Source of the DNA: an uncultured Clostridia bacterium
Lineage (GTDB): Bacteria; Bacillota; Clostridia; Lachnospirales; CAMVHY01
DNA: 64,000 nt
NCBI GenBank assembly: GCA_947073045.1
Contig: CAMTJU010000001.1
Location: 45,783-109,782 of the forward strand
Reading direction: 5' to 3'
Shown here: piece after piece, positions 1 through 9,716 of the stretch
Layout: each line of letters starts with the position of its first letter
Numbering within the stretch: the stretch's first letter is position 1
Notes under the pieces: generated by a model
What the model saw: the letters and a program-made list of their open reading frames with translations, nothing else
Told to the model about the DNA's origin: nothing
Databases searched by the model: none
Position numbers and translations under genes: made by a program

Positions 1-218
1 TAACTGATGATGGGCTTTTGCCACCACTTTGTACAATAGAAGGATTAGGCGAGAGCGTTGCCGCTAACATCCTTGAAGAAAGACAAAACGGTTTGTTCAA
101 TACAATCGAGGAATTTCGGCAGCGCACCAAGGCAAATAAAACTGTAATTGATTTGTTAAAACAATATAAAGTTTTAGATGGCATTCCCGAAACAGATCAA
201 TTGAGTTTTATCGATTAA
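1..218 (+). CDS. polC: DNA polymerase III PolC-type, C-terminal end (5' part lies outside the window)
   Basis: The ORF runs off the left edge in the frame of 18..218. The tail ...IEGLGESVAANILEERQNGLFNTIEEFRQRTKANKTVIDLLKQYKVLDGIPETDQLSFID matches my recollection of the conserved PolC C-terminal tail. Not searched. Confidence 0.6.
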   Translation, partial: TDDGLLPPLCTIEGLGESVAANILEERQNGLFNTIEEFRQRTKANKTVIDLLKQYKVLDGIPETDQLSFID

Positions 219-228
219 AATAAATATC

Positions 229-262
229 AAAAAAAATCAGGCTAAGCCTGATTTTTTTTTAT
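229..262. terminator. Rho-independent, bidirectional-looking terminator between convergent polC and dnaX
   Basis: A-tract, inverted repeat ATCAGGC-TAA-GCCTGAT, then a T9 run. Confidence 0.6.
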
Positions 263-272
263 TTTTAGAAGT

Positions 273-309
273 TCTTTTCTTACTTTCTATCAAGAAAGTA
301 AGAGAAAAA
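273..309 (-). terminator. Second hairpin of the two-hairpin terminator module, directly after the dnaX stop
   Basis: Inverted repeat CTTTTCTTACTTTCT-ATCA-AGAAAGTAAGAGAAAAG with one bulge. The same module architecture recurs at 31612..31686. Confidence 0.45.
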
Positions 310-315
310 GTAAAT

Positions 316-1803
316 TTAGTCTTCAATAATAATTTTTGCATTTATTTTTTCTAATTGCTTTGTTAATTCTTCATCTGCTTTGCCATAAATATTTTTGTGT
401 TCATTATCATATTCATCTTTAGACATAAAATCTAATTCAAATTCAAAATTTAAATTTTCCGACATTATATTTTTAATGTCGGATTTTTTCTGTTTAAGAA
501 TTAAATTGCTACCGGAATCGTTTGTTATTATATAAATAATATTTCCTTTGAGATAACCCACGCACGATAATCCGAGGATTTCTTTGAGCAAGCCATCAAA
601 TTTGGAAACAAGTTTAGGCCAATTTTTTATTATTTGCTGCAAATCTTCAGGAACTGCTTTTTTTTTATGGATAACTTTTTTTTCGGCAGATTTTTTTATT
701 GTAGTTGGCATCAAAATATTTTCAGGTTGCATCTGCGTATTAGAGCAAAGTTTGATACATAAAATTTCAAATAATACTTTAGGATTTATTGCATATTTTA
801 ATTCATTTTGTAGGCGTGAAAAATCCTCGAGCAATTTTATTCCGTTTGCGAATGTCAAATTTAAATTCCGAAAAATATCTTGACGCTCAACCCATGAATC
901 TAAATCACCAGTACCTTTATAAATTACGACATCACGTAAAAATAAAATTAATGTAGACAAAAATTGATTTATATCTTTGCCGTCCATCACAATTTTATTT
1001 ATCATATTCAGAACTTTTTCTGTTTCCTTTTCGCATAATAAATTTACGAAATCACAGCAGATTTTGTCATCAACTGTTCCGATAATCTCAGTAACTTTTT
1101 GCAGCGTGATTTCTTCACCAAAATAAAATGATATGCACTGATCCAAAATACTAAGTGCATCACGCATTGCTCCGTCTGACATCCTGATTATATAATTTAT
1201 TGCTTCGTCTGTTATTTTTATATTCTCGTTGTCCATATATTTTTTTATTGCTGCGAACATCTCTTGCGGTAAAATTCGTTTGAAATCAAATCTCTGACAT
1301 CTTGAATGAATAGTAGCAGGAATTTTTTGTGGGTCTGTCGTCGCCAATATAAATATAACATGCGATGGCGGCTCCTCTAATGTTTTCAATAAAGCATTGA
1401 ATGCACCAGCTGAGAGCATATGCACTTCGTCTATTATATAAATTTTGTATTTGCCATTGATTGGCGGATATTTAACTTCGTCACGTATTTCTCTTATGTT
1501 ATCAACGCCATTATTACTTGCAGCATCAATTTCAATTATATTAGGATCTTGTTTGTTTAGAACATTTTTGCAGCTCTCGCATTCCATACACGGCTCACCA
1601 TCTTTATTATTCAAACAGTTGATAGACATTGCAAAAATTTTAGCGATAGAAGTTTTGCCAGTGCCGCGAGTTCCACAAAATAAATATGCATGGGAAATAT
1701 GATTTGAATTGATTTGATTTAATAAAGTTTTAACGATATGGTTTTGACCGACTACATCCGCAAATTTTTTTGGTCGATATTTTCTATATAAAGCTAAATA
1801 CAT
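316..1803 (-). CDS. dnaX: DNA polymerase III subunit gamma/tau
   Basis: 495-aa ORF with N-terminus MYLALYRKYRPKKFADVVGQ, Walker A GTRGTGKTS, the CxxC Zn module CMECESC and DEVHMLS. Confidence 0.9.
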   Translation of the reverse strand: MYLALYRKYRPKKFADVVGQNHIVKTLLNQINSNHISHAYLFCGTRGTGKTSIAKIFAMSINCLNNKDGEPCMECESCKNVLNKQDPNIIEIDAASNNGVDNIREIRDEVKYPPINGKYKIYIIDEVHMLSAGAFNALLKTLEEPPSHVIFILATTDPQKIPATIHSRCQRFDFKRILPQEMFAAIKKYMDNENIKITDEAINYIIRMSDGAMRDALSILDQCISFYFGEEITLQKVTEIIGTVDDKICCDFVNLLCEKETEKVLNMINKIVMDGKDINQFLSTLILFLRDVVIYKGTGDLDSWVERQDIFRNLNLTFANGIKLLEDFSRLQNELKYAINPKVLFEILCIKLCSNTQMQPENILMPTTIKKSAEKKVIHKKKAVPEDLQQIIKNWPKLVSKFDGLLKEILGLSCVGYLKGNIIYIITNDSGSNLILKQKKSDIKNIMSENLNFEFELDFMSKDEYDNEHKNIYGKADEELTKQLEKINAKIIIED

Positions 1804-1818
1804 TCAAAAAACACCTCA

Positions 1819-3243
1819 TTAATAAGCTTTTGCCCAATAAATTTTATGTTTGGATTTTTCACCACAACATAAACATTTTCCATCTTCGTCTGCCTTTTCA
1901 AACGCAATACATCTTGCACTCGCTCCAGTTTTTTCTTTAACCTTTAATTCACATTCAGTATTTCCACACCAATTTGTTTTTATAAATCCAGGCGTAGTTG
2001 ATAAGATTTTTTCTAATTCATCGAGCGTTTTTGCCTCAAATGTATTTTTGTTTCTGTGAGCAAGCGCTTTATCAAACAAATTTTTTTGAATTGCCTCGAG
2101 TGTTTCTTCTATATTCAAATTATCCAATTGCTCTGTAATTTTTTCATTTGTATCACGGCGCACCATTGTTACGCAATTATTTTCTAAATCGCGCGGTCCA
2201 ATTTCAATCCTAAGTGGAACACCTTTCATTTCATATTCACTGAATTTCCAGCCGGGAGTTTTATCGCTCAAATCTAATTTAACTCTAATTTTGCTTTTTG
2301 ATAATTTTTGTTCAAGTTCAATAGCCTTTTCTTTTACACCCGATTTTTTCATTGCTATTGGAATAATAACAATTTGAATTGGAGCAATATTCGGCGGCAA
2401 AACTAATCCGTTATTATCGCCGTGAACCATAATAATTGCGCCGATAAGTCTTGTAGAAATTCCCCATGAAGTTTGGTATACATATTTTAATTGATTTTGC
2501 GAGTCTGTATATTTTATATCGAAAGCTTTGGCAAATCCATCCCCAAAATTATGAGAAGTACCAGACTGCAGAGCACGCCCGTCGTGCATTAAACTTTCTA
2601 TTGTGTAAGTTGACAGTGCCCCCGCAAATTTCTCATTTTCAGTTTTTTTACCTTTTATAACTGGTATAGCTAAAATTTTCTCACAAAAATCAGCATATAC
2701 ATCAAGCATTTTTAATGTTTCAGCTTCAGCTTCTTCAAATGTTGCATGAGCTGTATGACCTTCCTGCCATAAAAATTCTAAACTTCGCAAAAATGGCCGA
2801 GTTGTTTTTTCCCAACGCACTACCGAACACCATTGATTATAAAGTTTTGGCAAATCACGATGAGATTGAATAATATTAGCGTAGTGCTCACAAAATAAAG
2901 TTTCTGATGTTGGACGGATACATAATTTTTCTGTTAATTTTTCATCACCGCCATAAGTTACCCATGCAACTTCCGGTGCAAATCCTTCTACATGATCTTT
3001 TTCTTTTTGAAGTAGAGATTGCGGAATTAAAAGCGGCATGTAAACATTTTCATGACCAGTCTCTTTAAATTTTTTATCCAGATGTTTTTGGATTAACTCC
3101 CAAATTGCGTAGCCATACGGACGCAAAATCATACAACCTCTAACTGATGAATAATCTATCATCTCAGATTTTTTAACGACGTCTGTATACCACTGAGCAA
3201 AATCTTTATCCATATCCGTTATTGATTCTACATACTTATTCAT
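1819..3243 (-). CDS. proS: Proline--tRNA ligase (short, archaeal/eukaryote-like class II type)
   Basis: 474-aa ORF with class II aaRS motifs ([34 protein letters not shown]) and a C-terminal Cys cluster. I see no T-box leader in the 170-nt upstream spacer. Confidence 0.9.
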   Translation of the reverse strand: MNKYVESITDMDKDFAQWYTDVVKKSEMIDYSSVRGCMILRPYGYAIWELIQKHLDKKFKETGHENVYMPLLIPQSLLQKEKDHVEGFAPEVAWVTYGGDEKLTEKLCIRPTSETLFCEHYANIIQSHRDLPKLYNQWCSVVRWEKTTRPFLRSLEFLWQEGHTAHATFEEAEAETLKMLDVYADFCEKILAIPVIKGKKTENEKFAGALSTYTIESLMHDGRALQSGTSHNFGDGFAKAFDIKYTDSQNQLKYVYQTSWGISTRLIGAIIMVHGDNNGLVLPPNIAPIQIVIIPIAMKKSGVKEKAIELEQKLSKSKIRVKLDLSDKTPGWKFSEYEMKGVPLRIEIGPRDLENNCVTMVRRDTNEKITEQLDNLNIEETLEAIQKNLFDKALAHRNKNTFEAKTLDELEKILSTTPGFIKTNWCGNTECELKVKEKTGASARCIAFEKADEDGKCLCCGEKSKHKIYWAKAY

Positions 3244-3416
3244 TTTTAATCACCCAATTTTTATGGTATCACTTATTTTTTTTAATATCAATGCAAGATT
3301 TCAAAAATTCAATTCGGATTTTTGGCAAGCAAACATTTTTTACTAGACTTAAAAATTTGCTCGAACAATATTTTTTGTGTTATCATGTTCATAAAATTAT
3401 AATGAGAGGTTTATTT

Positions 3417-4689
3417 ATGAATAAAAAATTTTTAAGTTTGGCCTTATGTTTAATTTTTACTTGTGCATGCAACAATTCTAGTAATAAATCTATTTCCAGT
3501 TCTGATGCAATAAACGTTGATATTTTACAATATAAAGTTGAATTTAAAGATCAGTTTGAGGCACTCGCAGATATTTATAATGAACAAAATCCTGATGTAC
3601 ATATAAATGTGATGTCAATTGGCGGAGGCTCGGATTATAATTCTGTTTTGAAATCAAAACTTGCATCAAGCAATCAGCCTGCTATATTTAATATTGGTGG
3701 ATTGCAAGATACAAAAGATTATATGAGTATGCTAGTTGATTTAAAAAACACAAAAGCTGCACAAAATGCTTTAAAAGGAACTCTTGATGGCGTTTCAATG
3801 AATGATAAAGTTTATGGACTACCTTATAATGTAGAAGGATATGGACTTATTTACAACAAAGACATTTTTGCAAAAGCTAAAAAATCCTGACGAAATAAAA
3901 ACTTTTGAACAATTGACTCAAGTTGCACAAAAGTTAGATTCAATGAAAGATGAATTAGAAATAGAAGCAGTGTTTGCATATCCAGCAAAAGAAACATGAT
4001 TAACCGGTCAACATAGTTCAAATATATTCTTGGTACCAGAATTTGGCGATGTAAAAAATGCATTTAATGCTAAAGCTGTTGAGTTTAAATATAGCAAAGA
4101 ATTTAAAGATTATGTTGATTTACAGAATAAATATTCTGTACAGCCAACTGTAAGTTTGGACTACAGTATGCAAGTTGAACAATTATTTGCAATGGATAAA
4201 GTTGCTATGATTCAGCAAGGTAATTGGATTTATCCTGCCCTTGAAGATATCGATGAAGATTTTGCACAAAATAAGGTTGGTATGATTCCTATACCTGTTG
4301 AGGGAATTGAGGAAAACAATTTGCCAGTTGGCGTTCCTTATTATTGGGGAGTAAATGCGAACAAGGAAAAGGAAGTTCAGGATGCCGCTATAAAATTTTT
4401 AGATTGGATGTATACATCTGAGCAAGGAAAAAATATTGTAATTGAGAAATTTAAATTTGCACCGGCTTACAGTGGTTTTGATACATCAAAAATAAGTGAC
4501 CCGCTCACAAAAACTGTTTATGATTATTTATCTAATGATAAGACTACAAATTGGGTATTCATGGGTTATCCGACAGATTGGGCAATGGACCAACTCGGTG
4601 CGCAAATACAAAAATATCTTGCTGGTGAGGCAAGCTGGGATAATATTATTAATGATTGCAGGACAAAATGGGAGAATGCTAGAAAATAA
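3417..4689 (+). pseudogene. Carbohydrate ABC transporter substrate-binding lipoprotein, disrupted by a frameshift plus a nonsense codon
   Basis: Lipoprotein-type signal MNKKFLSLALCLIFTCAC after RBS GAGAGG. The reading frame shifts +1 inside the A6 run at 3879..3884: ..FAKAKKS* becomes ..KNPDEIKTFEQLTQVAQKL.. An in-frame TGA follows at 3997..3999 (AKET*LTGQH, where Trp is expected). The frame then continues to 4689. Two CUT1-type permease genes follow. Confidence 0.75.
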
Positions 4690-4708
4690 TTAAAGGAGAT
4701 GTGAATTT

Positions 4709-5554
4709 ATGAATCCCGAAAAAAACACAGTGTGGTTCTGGATTTTTGTAACACCTGTTTTATTGGCACTCATTTTGGTTATTGGAATACCTTTCCTTCT
4801 CGGTCTGTATTATTCTTTTACGGATTGGGACGGCATTGTTGCACCCGTTTTCATCAGCATTAAAAATTATTTGGCTATATTTAGTGATGCACAATTTTTA
4901 TCGAGTTTGATTTTCACGGTTAAGTTTGCTCTCGTTTCAATTATTTTAATAAATGCAATTGGGCTTGCACTTGCTATGCTTGTTACTCAAAAGATTTTTG
5001 GTGCAAACTTTTTTAGAACTGTTTATTTTATGCCGAATCTTATTGGTGGATTAATCTTGGGTTTTATCTGGCAGTTTATCTTTATTAATATATTTCCTGT
5101 GTTGGGATTAAATGGTTGGCTCTCAACTACTTCAACTGGTTTTTGGGGATTGATTTTGCTGACACTTTGGCAAATGGCTGGTTATATTATGGTTATTTAC
5201 ATTGCTTATCTACAAAATGTTTCGCAAGAAGTTATTGAAACGGCAGATGTTGACGGAGTTAATCCATGGCAAAAATTTATTCATATCATTTTTCCACTTA
5301 TTGCTCCCGGATTTACTGTAAGTATGTTTATGACGTTGTCTAATTCTTTCAAACTTTATGATCAAAATTTATCTTTGACAGGCGGCGCACCTTATAAGTC
5401 TACAGAAATGGTTGCAATGAATATAGTTAATACGGTATTTGCCGAAAAAGCTATGGCTTATGCTCAGGCTAAATCAGTTATATTTTTATTGATAGTAGTA
5501 ACAATTTCTGTTTTGCAGACTTATTACAATAAAAAGCGGGAGGTTGAAGCATAG
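4709..5554 (+). CDS. Carbohydrate ABC transporter permease (MalF/UgpA-like)
   Basis: 281-aa ORF with 6 predicted TM helices and an EAA-like loop (ETADVDGVNPWQKFIHIIFPL). Translationally coupled to the next permease gene. Confidence 0.85.
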   Translation: MNPEKNTVWFWIFVTPVLLALILVIGIPFLLGLYYSFTDWDGIVAPVFISIKNYLAIFSDAQFLSSLIFTVKFALVSIILINAIGLALAMLVTQKIFGANFFRTVYFMPNLIGGLILGFIWQFIFINIFPVLGLNGWLSTTSTGFWGLILLTLWQMAGYIMVIYIAYLQNVSQEVIETADVDGVNPWQKFIHIIFPLIAPGFTVSMFMTLSNSFKLYDQNLSLTGGAPYKSTEMVAMNIVNTVFAEKAMAYAQAKSVIFLLIVVTISVLQTYYNKKREVEA

Positions 5555-6372
5555 TGAATAAATTTAAAAAATTATCGTTAGGGATTATTGGCATACTTAT
5601 TTCGATTGTATGGCTTTTCCCATTTTATATAATGCTTATAAATTCTTTTAAATCAAAGAAAGAATTATTTAAAAGCACAATCGCATTTCCACACTCTTTC
5701 AATTTGAAAAATTATGCAAAAGCAATAGATGCTTTGAGCATAAAAACAACTTTCTTTAATTCAGCCGTAATTACAATTTCGTCGATAGTCGTTATTTTAA
5801 TATTTAGTGCTCTAGCAGCTTATGCTCTTCAACGTACGAAAACTTTAGCCAGTAAAATAATTTTTTATGTGTTCGTAGCCGCTATGCTTATTCCTTTTCA
5901 GTCTGTAATGATTCCACTTGTTTCTTTCATGAGCAAAATTCATCTTATGCAAAGTCGTATCGGTATTGTAATTATGTATTTAGGATTTGGAGCAAGCATG
6001 GCAATGTTTTTAATTCATGGTGCATTGGGGAGTATACCGACTGCACTTGATGAAGCTGCAAAAATTGACGGATGCAATCCTCTACAAACTTTTTTCATTA
6101 TTATTTTGCCAATGCTAAAACCAATTTTGGTTACAGTCGCCGTTCTGGATACAATATGGATATGGAATGATTATCTTTTACCGTCACTTGTTATAAATCG
6201 CGACGATTTGTTGACAATACCACTTAAGATGTATTATTTCTTCGGCGAGTACACAAAACAATGGCATTTAGCACTAGCTGGACTTACAATAGCAATCATT
6301 CCCGTAATAATTTTCTATTTTCTTGCGCAAAAACAAATCATCCAATGCATTACAGATGGCGCAGTAAAGTAA
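5554..6372 (+). CDS. Carbohydrate ABC transporter permease (MalG/UgpE-like)
   Basis: 272-aa ORF with a GTG start overlapping the upstream stop. EAA loop DEAAKIDGCNPLQTFFIIILPMLKP. Confidence 0.85.
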   Translation: MNKFKKLSLGIIGILISIVWLFPFYIMLINSFKSKKELFKSTIAFPHSFNLKNYAKAIDALSIKTTFFNSAVITISSIVVILIFSALAAYALQRTKTLASKIIFYVFVAAMLIPFQSVMIPLVSFMSKIHLMQSRIGIVIMYLGFGASMAMFLIHGALGSIPTALDEAAKIDGCNPLQTFFIIILPMLKPILVTVAVLDTIWIWNDYLLPSLVINRDDLLTIPLKMYYFFGEYTKQWHLALAGLTIAIIPVIIFYFLAQKQIIQCITDGAVK

Positions 6373-6526
6373 TTTTTGTTTTCATAATTTTTTCCTTGAA
6401 ATAAAACAAGCAAAAGAACTTTAACAAGAAAATCATGTGTATATGATTTTTTTTATTGAAGTTCTTTTTTAAGCTGCATAAAAAAATCTATGCTATAATA
6501 TTTTCAATTATGGGAGGGATTTTTTT

Positions 6527-7855
6527 ATGTGCAAAAAAAATGCGCACGACATAAAAAAAATTATCAGCGAACAAAATATTAAGTTCTTGCGCCTACAATT
6601 TGTTGATATTTTCGGCACTATGAAAAATATTTGCACCACAACCGACGAAATCGATAAAATATTAAATAATGAAATGATGTTCGATGGTTCATCAATCCAA
6701 GGCTTTGTACGCATTGAAGAATCAGATATGTATCTACATCCAGATTTGTCGACATTTACAATTTTACCATGGTTTAAAGAAAACAAAATTGCGCGCCTCA
6801 TTTGTGATATATATCGCCCAAACGGTAATGAATTTTCAGGTGACCCACGTTATGTTCTTAAACGCGCTATTAAAAATGCAAATAATTTAGGCTATGAATT
6901 TTGTGTTGGTCCCGAATGCGAATTCTTTATATTCAACATTGATGATGAAAATAATATAAAACCCGTTACACACGACAAAGCCTCGTATTTTGATTTAGCT
7001 CCCATTGACAATGGCGAATTAGCAAGAATCGATATGGTCAATAATTTAATTAAAATGGGGTTTAAAATTGAGGGTGCACATCATGAAAATGCACCCGGTC
7101 AGCACGAAATTGATTTTAGGTACAGTGACGCCCTCAATTCCGCTGATAATATTATTACATTTAAACTCGTAGTCAAGACAATAGCTAAGAAATTTAATTT
7201 ACATGCAACATTTATGCCTAAACCAATAAATAATGAATGTGGCTCTGGAATGCATTGCAATATGTCATTATTTAAAAATGATTCGAATGCATTTTATGAT
7301 GCAAATGACAAAAACAATTTGTCCAAAGAAGCATATTATTTTATTGGCGGATTGATTGAGCATGCAAAAGCTATCAGTGCCATCACAAATCCAACCATTA
7401 ATTCTTATAAACGGTTAATTTCAGGATACGAAGCGCCAATCCATATTGCTTGGTCAACTTCAAATCGCAGTCCACTAATAAGAGTACCGGCGGCACGTGG
7501 TCAGGCAACTCGTTTAGAATTGCGCAATCCCGATCCGTCATGCAATCCTTATTTAGCTTTAGCAGTAATGCTTAATGCAGGGCTTGACGGAATAAAAAAT
7601 AAGATTAATCCGCCTAAAGCTATTGATAAAAATATATACGCAATGAATCCGGACGACCTTACAAATTCTAAAATTGACACTTTGCCAAGAAATTTAATTG
7701 AAGCAATTGATGAATTAATGAAAGATGAATTAATAAAAGAAACTCTTGGAGCCCACGTGTTAAATAATTTTGTAAAGGCAAAAAAAATTGAATGGCAAAA
7801 TTATATTTCTACTGTGCACCAATGGGAAATAGATAAATATTTAATTATGTATTAA
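6527..7855 (+). CDS. glnA: Glutamine synthetase, type I
   Basis: 442-aa ORF after RBS GGGAGGG. GS motifs FDGSSIQGF, NAPGQHEIDF and KPINNECGSGMHCNMS. Confidence 0.9.
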   Translation: MCKKNAHDIKKIISEQNIKFLRLQFVDIFGTMKNICTTTDEIDKILNNEMMFDGSSIQGFVRIEESDMYLHPDLSTFTILPWFKENKIARLICDIYRPNGNEFSGDPRYVLKRAIKNANNLGYEFCVGPECEFFIFNIDDENNIKPVTHDKASYFDLAPIDNGELARIDMVNNLIKMGFKIEGAHHENAPGQHEIDFRYSDALNSADNIITFKLVVKTIAKKFNLHATFMPKPINNECGSGMHCNMSLFKNDSNAFYDANDKNNLSKEAYYFIGGLIEHAKAISAITNPTINSYKRLISGYEAPIHIAWSTSNRSPLIRVPAARGQATRLELRNPDPSCNPYLALAVMLNAGLDGIKNKINPPKAIDKNIYAMNPDDLTNSKIDTLPRNLIEAIDELMKDELIKETLGAHVLNNFVKAKKIEWQNYISTVHQWEIDKYLIMY

Positions 7856-7869
7856 AAACTAAACTTTAT

Positions 7870-7901
7870 AAAAAAAATCATGCACATGCATGATTTTTTA
7901 T
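7870..7901. terminator. Bidirectional terminator between convergent glnA and rnc
   Basis: A8 run, hairpin ATCATGC-ACAT-GCATGAT, then a T-run. Confidence 0.55.
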
Positions 7902-7931
7902 TTTACTTTGTTTTCAAGAAACATCTAACTT

Positions 7932-8594
7932 TTATAAATTTTTTATTGCTTGCAATGCAGCTTGTTGTTCAGAATCTTTTTTGGTATGACCCGAGCCATG
8001 CCCTAAAATTTTACCTTCATGCGAAACCTGAGAAACATAAGTTTTTTTATGCGCAGGCCCACTTTCATCTATTATTTTATAAATTATTGGCTGAGTGCTA
8101 TTTTCCTGCAATAATTCTTGTAAATGGCTTTTGGGGTCAATAATATTGTTTTTATCAAGAATTCCTTTAGTAGAATTCAATAAATTAAATACAACTGCCT
8201 TGGCCTTACTAAAATTACTGTCAATAAATACTGCACCAAAGATTGCCTCCAGCGCGTCAGAAAGTATTGAATTTTTATTTCTTCCCCCACTCGTTTCTTC
8301 ACCATGGCTTAATTTTAAATAATTACCAATGTGATTTTTTTTAGCAATAAGAGCAAGGCTTGTTTCGCACACAATTTTTGAGCGAAATCGGCTCAGCTCA
8401 CCTTCACTCATATCCTTATAATTTTTGTACAAAAATTCACTTACCGATAATTCCAATACAGCATCGCCTAAAAATTCCAATCGCTCATTATTTAAATCAT
8501 TGGATTTTTGGACATAAGAACTATGGGTAAGTGCCAAATCAAGCAAGCTTTTGTTTTTAAATTTATAACCAATAATATTTTCAATCTCTTGCAT
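7932..8594 (-). CDS. rnc: Ribonuclease III
   Basis: 220-aa ORF with the RNase III signature ERLEFLGDAVLEL and a C-terminal dsRBD-like region. Confidence 0.9.
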   Translation of the reverse strand: MQEIENIIGYKFKNKSLLDLALTHSSYVQKSNDLNNERLEFLGDAVLELSVSEFLYKNYKDMSEGELSRFRSKIVCETSLALIAKKNHIGNYLKLSHGEETSGGRNKNSILSDALEAIFGAVFIDSNFSKAKAVVFNLLNSTKGILDKNNIIDPKSHLQELLQENSTQPIIYKIIDESGPAHKKTYVSQVSHEGKILGHGSGHTKKDSEQQAALQAIKNL

Positions 8595-8597
8595 TTG

Positions 8598-8825
8598 TTA
8601 TCCCTTCTTACTTTTTATGTAGTTAACTGCGTCCCCAACTGTTTTTATTTTTTCTGCATCTTCATTTGAAAATTCAATATCGAATTCATCTTCAATTTGA
8701 GTTATTATTTGGAATAAATCAAGTGAATCTGCGCCAAGATCATTATAAAAAGATGTCTGGCTCGTTATGTCTTCCTTCTTCATGTTGAATTGCTCAGCTA
8801 TTATTTTTTGAATCTGCTCAAACAT
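8598..8825 (-). CDS. acpP: Acyl carrier protein
   Basis: LGADSLDLFQII phosphopantetheine-site motif. I moved the start to the ATG at 8825 (MFEQIQ..), 5 nt after AAGGAGGTGA. The GTG at 8834 in the ORF track lies inside the RBS. Confidence 0.85.
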   Translation of the reverse strand: MFEQIQKIIAEQFNMKKEDITSQTSFYNDLGADSLDLFQIITQIEDEFDIEFSNEDAEKIKTVGDAVNYIKSKKG

Positions 8826-8838
8826 TTTTATCACCTCC

Positions 8839-9708
8839 TTAACTCTCTAATTCCCTAAATCCTTTCCCCAATACTTCATGTGCATCATTAACTATAACAA
8901 AAGCTTTTGGATCTATTTCTTTTATCATTGTCTTTAAACTAAATACTTCTTTACTCGTCATTACGCAAAACAAAACATTTTTTTCTGCTTTAGTATACAT
9001 TCCCTGCCCTAATAAACTTGTAACACCACGCTTCATTTGATTTAATATCTTATCAGCAATTTCATCTGTTTTTTCAGAAATAATAAACACGGATTTTGAA
9101 GATATAAATCCTTCAAGCATCATATCAACTATACGGCTCGTAATAAATTCAGCAATAATTGCATACATAGCATTTTTTGCACCGAATGTAAAAAATCCAG
9201 ACGCTATTACGCATGCATCAATACAAAACATAAGATTAGCAATAGGCAAATGTTTATTCTTTGCATTTATTATACTTGCTGTCAAATCCGTACCGCCTGT
9301 AGTTGCACCATTACGAAATACCAAACCAAGGCCTAGTCCCATAAGTAATCCACCATATATAGATGATATTGTCATGTCAAAGCCTTGTGTTTCAATTCCT
9401 TTGGTTACATATAACATGGTAGATAACAAAATTATAGAAACAATCGTTCTGCTAATAAATTTTCTGCCGTTTACTCTTGCCCCTAAAATTAAAAGCGGTA
9501 TATTCAAAACTATAGTAGTTGCCCAAAGTGGAATTGGATAGTTAAAAAATTTTCCGCTTAAATATTGAATAACAATACTTAATCCGGAAATTCCTCCTGT
9601 TACTATACTATTTGGCTCATAAAAAATATTTGTGGCAATTGCCATAATAGTAGTTCCGGCAAGTATACACAAATATTCAAACCATAATTTTGATTTCATT
9701 TTTTTCAC
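8839..9708 (-). CDS. YitT family membrane protein
   Basis: 289-aa ORF with multiple TM helices followed by a soluble C-terminal domain. Layout and sequence resemble YitT (DUF161/DUF2179). Confidence 0.75.
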   Translation of the reverse strand: MKKMKSKLWFEYLCILAGTTIMAIATNIFYEPNSIVTGGISGLSIVIQYLSGKFFNYPIPLWATTIVLNIPLLILGARVNGRKFISRTIVSIILLSTMLYVTKGIETQGFDMTISSIYGGLLMGLGLGLVFRNGATTGGTDLTASIINAKNKHLPIANLMFCIDACVIASGFFTFGAKNAMYAIIAEFITSRIVDMMLEGFISSKSVFIISEKTDEIADKILNQMKRGVTSLLGQGMYTKAEKNVLFCVMTSKEVFSLKTMIKEIDPKAFVIVNDAHEVLGKGFRELES

Positions 9709-9716
9709 TCCGATTT

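Noticed and set aside
3244-3416. Looked for a T-box leader upstream of proS.
   Set aside because: The spacer is only ~170 nt, is shared with a divergent promoter, and has no specifier-loop or T-box (AGGGTGGTACCGCG-like) sequence.
3997-3999. The in-frame TGA where Trp is expected suggested a TGA=Trp (code 4) or other recoded genome.
   Set aside because: TGA terminates the flavoprotein gene (15907..15909) and the ABC ATPase gene (35517..35519) at their expected C-termini. TGG is used for Trp throughout, and all long housekeeping ORFs are uninterrupted under code 11. A point nonsense mutation is the simpler reading.
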